This document shows, one piece after another, positions 17,231-25,028 of a stretch of DNA of 25,360 bases. Location: contig JBDRBF010000009.1 of assembly GCA_043822925.1 (NCBI GenBank), positions 1 to 25,360 of the forward strand. The letters run 5' to 3'. The position numbers were made by a program, and so were the translations under genes. This stretch comes from a bacterium. GTDB taxonomy: Bacteria; Babelota; Babeliae; Babelales; RVW-14. Under the pieces are notes generated by a model. It ran no database searches and had not been told where the DNA came from. It worked only from the letters and a program-made list of their open reading frames with translations. Positions within the stretch are counted from its first letter, which is position 1; each line of letters begins with the position of its first letter.

Positions 17231-20200
17231 ATGTTGCGAGTAAAGTTGATGGAGAATGTGGTTAAAATTTTTTTAGTGCAAGCGTTTGTTTTTTGTGTGG
17301 GAAATTTGTGGGCGATGCAGGGCTTGGATGTTGTGGTTACTGGCACGAAGTTATCTGAGTTTAAAATCCCAACGACGCTTATCAAATGGACAAATAAGTG
17401 CTTTAGGGAGCTTCCTGATAATTCAACCGCTTATAAAAAATTTTTAGAAGCAAAAGAACTTTTTGATGTACTTGAAGCGTGTCGAGATAAATATAAAAAC
17501 AGTGATTTTAAAAATCCAGAGAAGTGGCTTGACGGGAAAGCACCAACTAATGAGTTTTTTCCTGAGGTAAAGTTTGAATCTTCGGGGGCACCACCAAGGA
17601 TTGTGCAATCATGGGATTGTGTACAAAAGCTTGAGGTTCCAGCTGGGAGCCAGAATTGTTTTGTTGGGGATATTCATGGGAGCTTGCATGCTCTTTTGCG
17701 AATTTTGTGGGGACTTGTTGCCGACGGCATACTTGATGACAATTTTAGAATAGTTAAGCCTAATTTTTATATTGTTTTTTTGGGAGACTACGTTGACCGC
17801 GGTAAGTATGGCGCTGAAGTTTTGTATACGCTTTGTTTGCTAAAATTGGCTAACTGGGACCAGGTATTTTTATTGCGCGGCAATCATGAGTATGAGGGGC
17901 TTTGGCCTCGGTATGGTTTTGATGATGAGTTGGAATATAAATTTGATTCATATTACGGTAAAATTTCTTTATGTATAACAAATTTAGAGCGCTGTTTGCC
18001 ATTGGCTTTGCTTCTTAAGTCAGGAAAAGATGAGAGCGCTGTGCAATGTTGCCATGGCGGCATAAAGCCTGATTATGTTCCAAAGCGTTTACTTAACGAC
18101 AAAACGAAAACATTTGAAAAAGTGAGTGGTCATGATTCTGAAAATATAAACTCAATGGGAGAACTTTCTTGGGCCGGAAATTTTAATTGGACAGATTTTT
18201 TTCAGACAGATTATGGTAAAGATGGTTTTTCTTATTTAGGTGGGCGTGGAAATCAATATTATGCTAATGGTGTTAAAAAATATTTAGAAGAAAATGGTCA
18301 AGGAATTAAGGCTTTTTTTCGTGGGCATCAGCATTACAAATATGGCTTAAAGCTTCCAGACGATGATAGCCACTGGGTTGAAGTTATTAAAGATAAAGCC
18401 AGTAAAAAAGACAACCTACTTAAAATAGAAGAAATTACGAAGAAAGTTCCGCCGGTTTTCACGTTTTCTACTGCTTCAGGAGCGTCTGATTGCAAACAAC
18501 CATATGATTGTTACGGGATTTTGACGACAGCTGACGGATGGGCGGGATGGACGTTAAAGGTTTATGAGGGCCTGACGCCTAAAGAGAAAGAGAATAAGTT
18601 TGTCAAGATTGATTTAAAGGGGGCTGGAATATTTACTGGTGGGGTACAAGATACGTTATTGGCTGCTCCTGATAAAGAAGAACCTACAAGTATAAAAATT
18701 GCTGCGTGTTGGAGCGATAAACCCGATCAGGAGCCTGTTGGAAAAACTCTTTTAGAGAAGGCAAAACTTGTGGTTCAACCGGTCCAACAACTGGTGAACC
18801 CTGTGTTGCAGCAACCAGAACCAGTAAAGCTCGTGGTTCAACCGGTCCAACAAATAGGAGTTGCTCCGCCAAAAGATATAAAAGATTTTGAGGGAACAGA
18901 TGTTGAAGACAACACTCCTCTGCATAAAGTTGCTCAGATCGGGCGTTTAGACGTTGTTACGTATCTAGTAGAGAATAAAGATGACATTAAAGCAAAAGAT
19001 AAATTTGGTTTGACTCCTCTGCATAAAGCTGCTCAGAACGGGCATTTAGGCGTTGTTGAGTATTTAGTAGAGAATAAAGATGACATTAAAGCAATAACTA
19101 CGGTGAATTATACCCCTTTGCATTTAGCTGCTCAGAACGGGCATTTAGGCGTTGTTGAGTATTTAGTAGGTAAAGGCGCTGGCATTAATGCAATAACTAC
19201 GATGAAAAATACCCCTTTGCATTTAGCTGCTCAGAACGGGCATTTAGGCGTTGTTAAGTTTTTAATCGAAAAAGACGCTGACATTAAGGCGAAAAATAAT
19301 AGTGGAAATACCCCTTTGCATAAGGCTGTTGCGAAAATAACAGATACAGGTAAAGATAAAGGACCTGCTAGCTTAGATGTTGTTAAGTATTTAGTAGAGA
19401 AGAAGGCTAATATTAATGCAAAAAATGTACAGGGTGTGATTCCTTTGCATTATGCGGCTGGATATGGAACTTTAGAAGTTGTTGAGTATTTAGCAGGTAA
19501 AAGCGTTGAAATTGATGCAAAAGATGGAAAAGGTTTTACTCCTTTGCATTATGCGGCTACTACGGGAACTTTAGATGTTGTTAAGTATTTAGTAGAGAAG
19601 AAGGCTAATATTAATGCAAAAAATAGAGAGGATTCTACTCCTTTGCATTGTGCGGCTAAAAAGGGCTTTTTAGAGATTGTTGAGTTTTTAGTAAAGAAAG
19701 GCGCTGACATTACAGTAAAAGATAAAATGGGTTCTACTCCTTTGTCTTGTGCGGCTGATTTGAACGTTCCTATAGAAGAAAAAGAGAAGATTCTTTCGGC
19801 TTTGATGAAAAATTGTAACGACTTAAGTCTTCTATTTAAGGCTGTTTTTTACGGTGAGTTGAAAGCTGTTAAGTTTTTTGTGAATGAAAAAAAGATGGAC
19901 GTTAATGAAAAAAATCAGGGCAAATATACCCCTTTGCATTTAGCTGCTGAGAACGGGTATTTAGATATTGTTAAGTTTTTAATCGAAAAAGGCGCTAGCA
20001 TTAATGAGAAAGATAATAGTGGAAATACCCCTTTGCATAAGGCTGTTGCGAGAATAACAGATACAGGTAAAGATAAAGGACCTGCTAGCTTAGATGTTGT
20101 TAAGTATTTAGTAGATAAAGGCGCTGACATTAATGCGAAAGATAATAGTGGAGATACACCTTTGCATTTAGCTGCTAAGAACGGGGATTTAGATGTTGTT

Positions 20201-21118
20201 AAGTTTTTAATCGAAAAATCTGCTACGATTGAGGCGGAGAATAATAAAAAAAGAACGCCTTTATTTCTTGCTGTTAAAGCCAATAAATCGGAAATTGTTA
20301 ATTTTTTGACAGAAAACGGTGCTAACGTTTATGCACCAGATGAGGATGGTCTGACCCCTTTTCTTGTGGCTTTAAATCAGAACAAATTGCCCACGATTAA
20401 GCTTTTAGTAAACAAAAATAATATTAATAAGGATATAAAAGACGGATATACCCCTTTGCATGTTGCTGCTTTTCAAGGGATAGATGTTGTTAAGTATTTA
20501 GTAGGAAATGGCGCTGGCATTAATGCAAAAGATAACATAGATCGTACTCCTTTGCATTGTGCGGCTGGATATGGAACTTTAGATGTTGTTAAGTATTTAG
20601 TAGAAAAGAGCGCTGACATCGATGCAAAGACTAAAGAGGATAAGACTCCTTTGGATTATGCGAAGGATGAAAATAATAATGAAAATCTTAACTATTTGGT
20701 TGAAGAGAAAAAGCGTAGAGATTTACAGGCTAGGAGCGTTTCACTAGCGAAGTTTAAAGAAGAGTTGGAGAAGCAAGAGAAAGAGGAATTGGAGAAATTA
20801 AAAAAGCGCAAGGCGAGCATTGGAGATAAAATCGAAAGAGATCAAATCGAAATTGGGAAGCAGCCAATGTCTAGAATAGGCGTGGCTGATGTTGAAAAAG
20901 TGGGCATTGAAGAGCCAATAACGATAAGAAAGCCGCTTGAGCAAGATACGCAGAAAGAGGTAGTGATAGCTAGAGTACCCTTTTATAACGTAGCTTTTGC
21001 TGATCCGGTAGTTGAAAACGTTAAGAAGTTACAGGCTGCATTGGAAGGGCTTAAGGCTAAGTTGGTTAACCTGAGTAAGAGTTTGGCCTTGGTGCGTGCG
21101 AAGTTAGGTGGGAAGTGA
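17231..21118 (+). CDS. Secreted PPP-family phosphatase paralog 3 fused to ~18 ankyrin repeats and a C-terminal coiled coil
   Basis: ATG 17231 with GAGGGAG SD; signal peptide ending LWA; GDIHG, GDYVDRG, RGNHE, HGG, WTD, RGHQ; TPLH-AA-G-L-VV-YL repeats; terminal leucine heptads. Confidence 0.92.
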   Translation: MLRVKLMENVVKIFLVQAFVFCVGNLWAMQGLDVVVTGTKLSEFKIPTTLIKWTNKCFRELPDNSTAYKKFLEAKELFDVLEACRDKYKNSDFKNPEKWLDGKAPTNEFFPEVKFESSGAPPRIVQSWDCVQKLEVPAGSQNCFVGDIHGSLHALLRILWGLVADGILDDNFRIVKPNFYIVFLGDYVDRGKYGAEVLYTLCLLKLANWDQVFLLRGNHEYEGLWPRYGFDDELEYKFDSYYGKISLCITNLERCLPLALLLKSGKDESAVQCCHGGIKPDYVPKRLLNDKTKTFEKVSGHDSENINSMGELSWAGNFNWTDFFQTDYGKDGFSYLGGRGNQYYANGVKKYLEENGQGIKAFFRGHQHYKYGLKLPDDDSHWVEVIKDKASKKDNLLKIEEITKKVPPVFTFSTASGASDCKQPYDCYGILTTADGWAGWTLKVYEGLTPKEKENKFVKIDLKGAGIFTGGVQDTLLAAPDKEEPTSIKIAACWSDKPDQEPVGKTLLEKAKLVVQPVQQLVNPVLQQPEPVKLVVQPVQQIGVAPPKDIKDFEGTDVEDNTPLHKVAQIGRLDVVTYLVENKDDIKAKDKFGLTPLHKAAQNGHLGVVEYLVENKDDIKAITTVNYTPLHLAAQNGHLGVVEYLVGKGAGINAITTMKNTPLHLAAQNGHLGVVKFLIEKDADIKAKNNSGNTPLHKAVAKITDTGKDKGPASLDVVKYLVEKKANINAKNVQGVIPLHYAAGYGTLEVVEYLAGKSVEIDAKDGKGFTPLHYAATTGTLDVVKYLVEKKANINAKNREDSTPLHCAAKKGFLEIVEFLVKKGADITVKDKMGSTPLSCAADLNVPIEEKEKILSALMKNCNDLSLLFKAVFYGELKAVKFFVNEKKMDVNEKNQGKYTPLHLAAENGYLDIVKFLIEKGASINEKDNSGNTPLHKAVARITDTGKDKGPASLDVVKYLVDKGADINAKDNSGDTPLHLAAKNGDLDVVKFLIEKSATIEAENNKKRTPLFLAVKANKSEIVNFLTENGANVYAPDEDGLTPFLVALNQNKLPTIKLLVNKNNINKDIKDGYTPLHVAAFQGIDVVKYLVGNGAGINAKDNIDRTPLHCAAGYGTLDVVKYLVEKSADIDAKTKEDKTPLDYAKDENNNENLNYLVEEKKRRDLQARSVSLAKFKEELEKQEKEELEKLKKRKASIGDKIERDQIEIGKQPMSRIGVADVEKVGIEEPITIRKPLEQDTQKEVVIARVPFYNVAFADPVVENVKKLQAALEGLKAKLVNLSKSLALVRAKLGGK
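18911..20706 (+). repeat. Ankyrin repeat array (~18 units, mostly 33 aa/99 bp)
   Basis: Recurrent TPLHxAAxxGxLxVVxYLVxxxAxINAK units with near-identical DNA between several of them. Confidence 0.95.
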
Positions 21119-21153
21119 GCGCTTGTTAATGTGTAGTGTATTGGATTAGTGAG

Positions 21154-21270
21154 TATATAGGGCCCTTAATTTTACTGGTAAAACGGTGAGATTAAGGGCT
21201 TTTTTGTATATATATATATATATATATATTATTGCGTTTTTTTGTGTTGGGTCTATATCGTACTTAATAA
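21154..21270 (+). repeat. Intergenic module copy 2: hairpin + (TA)11 + promoter-like tail
   Basis: Hairpin and T6 identical to copy 1; the TA tract is 4 nt longer. Confidence 0.93.
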
Positions 21271-21314
21271 CGTGTTCTTAAAATTGGTGACTTGGGAATT
21301 AATGAGGAGTTGTT

Positions 21315-22994
21315 ATGGAGCTTCAGATTTATAGTTCTCGAAATATGTGCTGGATAAAATTACGCATGTTGTTTGTTCTTGTGTTTTTAGGTTGCGTATT
21401 ATTTTCTCAAAGTAATTTGTTTGCCGAATATAGTTTGAACGAAGAGAGTATCTCTGTGAAGGGCTATCCCTCCAAAGATGAAAAGAGGGTTTTTAAAATA
21501 TATGAAGATGCACTTATGGCAGCATATGAAGACGCTCTTAAAAAGAGCGAATCTGGTGGTGAAGTTCCCAAAAAAGTTAAAGCTATAAAAAAAGATTGGT
21601 TCTTTTTTCACAAGTTGGATGAAAAAGAGAATGATTTGTCAGAGGATTATTGGCTTAAAGGTAACGAAAAGTCGCAATTTCTTAAAGATTTTCTTGTGAC
21701 AGCTTGGTCTGGGTTAACTATTGGTGAGAGTGGGCCTGCTCTTTTTGCAAACATAAATAAGGGGTACTATCCTCATATGATTGGGTTTAATGCTGATCAT
21801 GGATCATTTGAAACAGGTTGTGGCAAGATATGGACAGATGCTGAAAAAGTGAATCCTTTTTATGCAAAAGCATTATCTACCTTTATTAAAGAACTTGAGG
21901 TGAACTTGATAAAAGAATACAGTTTGCTTACGTCAGAAGAGTTAGAAAAAATGCATCAAGAGGCATTGAGAGGTGTGGCATGCAAATATAAGATTCATCT
22001 TCAGGTAGATCCGGAATATCTTATTTCTTTTGTTGAAGACTTATGTGTATTTTTTGTGCAAGATCCACAAGCTTATTTGATTCCTTTTTTTAAAGTATCG
22101 TCAGATCCTTTTTTGCCGAGCAGAACTAGGACTGAAGATCCGGTTCCAATGATTGTTTTATATGTTTGTTCTATTCCTGGCGATGCGGCAGAAAAACATA
22201 AAATTTTAAATCCACTTGTGCATGCAATTGTTGAGCGGTATAAAAATGTTGCGCAAGAGATTTCTCTCAAGAGAAGCGATGGGTCTTGTGTTCGGCCACG
22301 GTTTAATAGTAGGGTTTTTGAGGGGAATGATCTTGTGTGGATTGCTGGTGGAAATGCTGATGACAAAATAATATATAGGGCCCTTTTAAAGCCAAAAGAC
22401 GAAAACATTTTGCTTAGCCGTCTTGAATTTGTTTATGGAGAACTTAGTGTGCGTGGGCTTATTTCGCCAGGACTTGATGATGATATAAAAAATAGAGGGA
22501 TATCTCGTTGGAATGAATTAAAGAGCTTCCAAGAAGTTTTTGATAAAACACATTCTGATAATGATAAAAAAGTTCTTAAAGAAGCGTTTAAAATAAAAAC
22601 GGGTATCGATTTTGATCAGGTAGAAAGATTTAAAAAAATTCATGTGTTACTCAAAGAATTAACGGGTAAAATAAGCGATGATGAGAAGACTAAAATTAAA
22701 GAGCGGCTTGAAGCCGAATTGGGGAATAGTTTAGAAGAAGAATATAAAAAAATATACTTGCCAGAAAATACGGTTTATACGGATGATTATTCTTTTTTTA
22801 AGGGCTATGAATTTAAGTATGATCCTAAAGAAGAAGAGGGTAAATCTATTAATTTTGTAGCTGCTAAAAAAGAAGACGTGCTTGTTGTTAAAAATAATCA
22901 GGCTCCTGTTTCTCGTGAGTTTGGCGTGCTTGGCAGATTGCAAAGCACGTGCAAAAGAGTTTGGGTTGCGTGTGCAAAGTATTTTGTAAAATAA
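21315..22994 (+). CDS. Secreted protein with a putative phosphothreonine-lyase/HopA1-like domain
   Basis: GAGGAG SD; signal peptide ending LFA; YKIHLQV...FFKVS...R...MIVLYV...PRFN pattern. The ORF is solid, but the function is inferred from motif spacing only. Confidence 0.6.
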   Translation: MELQIYSSRNMCWIKLRMLFVLVFLGCVLFSQSNLFAEYSLNEESISVKGYPSKDEKRVFKIYEDALMAAYEDALKKSESGGEVPKKVKAIKKDWFFFHKLDEKENDLSEDYWLKGNEKSQFLKDFLVTAWSGLTIGESGPALFANINKGYYPHMIGFNADHGSFETGCGKIWTDAEKVNPFYAKALSTFIKELEVNLIKEYSLLTSEELEKMHQEALRGVACKYKIHLQVDPEYLISFVEDLCVFFVQDPQAYLIPFFKVSSDPFLPSRTRTEDPVPMIVLYVCSIPGDAAEKHKILNPLVHAIVERYKNVAQEISLKRSDGSCVRPRFNSRVFEGNDLVWIAGGNADDKIIYRALLKPKDENILLSRLEFVYGELSVRGLISPGLDDDIKNRGISRWNELKSFQEVFDKTHSDNDKKVLKEAFKIKTGIDFDQVERFKKIHVLLKELTGKISDDEKTKIKERLEAELGNSLEEEYKKIYLPENTVYTDDYSFFKGYEFKYDPKEEEGKSINFVAAKKEDVLVVKNNQAPVSREFGVLGRLQSTCKRVWVACAKYFVK

Positions 22995-22997
22995 AGA

Positions 22998-23108
22998 CTG
23001 GATTCTGAAATGTGCCTACGCTCTTGCATGGCTTTGGCGCGGCAGGCAAGCTCCTAGGCTTCGCACAAAGCTTCGCCGGGCACGCAGGATGACATTGTTC
23101 AGGATGAC
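22998..23108. repeat. GC-rich REP-like mosaic
   Basis: CTGGATTCTGAAA...GCCTACGCT...GGCAGGC...GCTTCGC x2...CAGGATGAC x2; much more GC-rich than its flanks. Confidence 0.5.
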
Positions 23109-23110
23109 AA

Positions 23111-23214
23111 ATAGAGCCCTTAATTTTACTGGTAAAACGGTGAGATTAAGGGCTTTATAATTTTATGTTATATTATTGCGTTTTTTTGTGTTGGGTCGAT
23201 ATCGTACTTAATAA
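23111..23214 (+). repeat. Intergenic module copy 3: same hairpin, degenerate TA tract
   Basis: Hairpin at 23116-23153 identical to copies 1-2; U-tract shortened and TA tract replaced by ATAATTTTATGTTATA; the TTATTGCG...ATATCGTACTTAATAA tail is kept. Confidence 0.9.
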
Positions 23215-23272
23215 GATGCTTATTGGGTACTCTAAATATATTAAGTGTTTTTTACGATATCGAGGGTGTGTG

Positions 23273-24803
23273 ATGTTTGTTTTAAAGCGTATTAAGTTTG
23301 CCGGAATACTCTTTGTGTTAGGTTTTATTTTTTGTGTATCAAGTTTATGGGCGACAAAAGAAGCTGTTATTTCGCTCGATAAATCTGTTGTACAAAAAGA
23401 TGTTGTGCAACCAGTATCTGAGCCTCAATTATTAAGTAAGACACCTACGTTATTTGAGTTGTCACGCAAATGTTTTGATGAGTTACCTGAAAAAACGGAT
23501 AAGTATAAAACTATTTTGTCGGCAGATGAATTAAAAAAAAACGCTTGAAGATTGTCAGAAAAAATATCAAGAAAGTGCGTTTGGAAAAGCTGAGAATTGG
23601 CTTGATGGTTTAGCCCCAGATTTAGCGGCTTTTCCATCAGATAAAGCGTGGGACTGTGTGCAAAAGTGTGAATTTACAGAAAAGCGTGAATTTTGTGTTA
23701 TTGGGGATCTGCATGGTAGTGTACATGCTCTTTTGAGAATATTATTGAATCTAGGTGTAGAAGAAAAGCTTTATGATTTTAAGATTATTAAAGACAATTT
23801 TTATATTGTATTTCTGGGGGACTATGTTGACCGTGGTAATTATGGCGCTGAAGTTTTGTATACGTTGTGTTTGTTAAAGATGGCCAATTGGGACCGGGTA
23901 TTTTTATTGCGTGGAAACCATGAGTATTTGTCGGCATGGAATGATTATGGTTTTTTGCAAACGGTACTAGGAGTTTTAGAAGATAAAATTACGGGTAAAA
24001 AGAGAATTCTAAGAGAGTCAGGTGAGTTGAAGACAAAATTTGAATCATATGGTAATAAGAACACAGTTGCTGAGATTGTAGCAGCTGCGATAAAATTGGT
24101 ACGTTGTTTCCCGCTTGCATTATTTATTAAATCAAAAGCAACGTATAACGGTTTTTGGGATTGGCTTACCGGACCAGGCGATAGTGTTGTTCTGTGTACT
24201 CATGGTGGTTTTGTTGCCAATTATTCTCCAAGAAAACTACTTAATGCGCCAAAAGAAATATATGAACATATTCCGGCTCTTGGGCATAAGCAAGATGGTG
24301 ATTCTGAGAGTTCGAGTGTTTTATTACAAAAAGATTGGGCCGGCAGTTTTAACTGGAGTGATTTTGATTATAAAGATGGCGATCTTAATTTTAATCGAGC
24401 ACGGGGTCTTGGTTTAATATTTCATAAAGATATGACGTTAAAATATCTAAGAAGTAATAAAATTAATGCAGTTTTACGTGGGCATGAGCATTGTGATTTT
24501 GGATTAAAAATGCTTGGTAAAGCTGGTGGTGAAGATAGTAAGGGTCTTGTTCTTGAAACTAGAAAACAAGCACATTGGACAGATATTGTTCCTGAGAGCC
24601 AGCGAGTAAATAATGAAATTCTTGTTTATAAATATTATCCGGTATTTACATTTTCTGCGGCGTCTGGGGCTCCTTCATGTTTCCAGCCCTATGATTGTTA
24701 TGGCATTTTGACGACGGCAAAAAAATGGCAAGACTGGAGCTTAAAAGTGAGCGAAGTAGTGGCTACCAATTCAAGAGAGGTAAAATCGAGAGGGCGTGTT
24801 TAG
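23273..24803 (+). pseudogene. Secreted PPP-family phosphatase paralog 4, split by one extra base in an A9 run
   Basis: ATG 23273 with GAGGG SD and signal peptide. Removing one A at 23533-23541 joins ORFs 23165-23548 and 23658-24803 into 509 aa. GDLHG, GDYVDRG, RGNHE, HGG, WSD, RGHE are all intact. Confidence 0.85.
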
Positions 24804-24822
24804 GCGGGACCGGTTACTTAAA

Positions 24823-24851
24823 TTGACAGATTGTAAGTAAATGGGTAATTT
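24823..24851 (+). promoter_or_regulatory. Candidate sigma70 promoter
   Basis: TTGACA-N17-TAATTT; the -35 is flanked by the dyad TTACTTA-N13-TAAGTAA (24814-24840). Confidence 0.45.
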
Positions 24852-25028
24852 GCTGCTTGGTTGGCGTGGCGCGAGATTGAAGTTTGTTGCTCTGTGGGTG
24901 TTTTTGTGCTACATTTGCTTTTGTAATTCCTGTTACGAGTACTTGAATAGGTGGTTCGGAACCTGAAAAAAAGTTTAGGGAAAAGGCGTTTTTTTAGGGG
25001 AAATTATTTTCTTTAATTTGGGGGGTCT

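Noticed and set aside
19296-20115. Near-identical repeat pair as a DGR template/variable region
   Set aside because: Only one mismatch, both copies are in-frame within one gene, and no reverse transcriptase is present.
17064-23214. Three identical hairpin repeats as a CRISPR array or integron attC sites
   Set aside because: Copies are 2-4 kb apart with whole genes between them. There are no cas or integrase genes and no clear RYYYAAC/GTTRRRY ends. The U-tract fits a terminator.
23658-24803. Stand-alone 381-aa phosphatase from GTG 23658
   Set aside because: Homology to the paralogs continues upstream in the same frame to the A9 run; it is the 3' part of a frameshifted gene.
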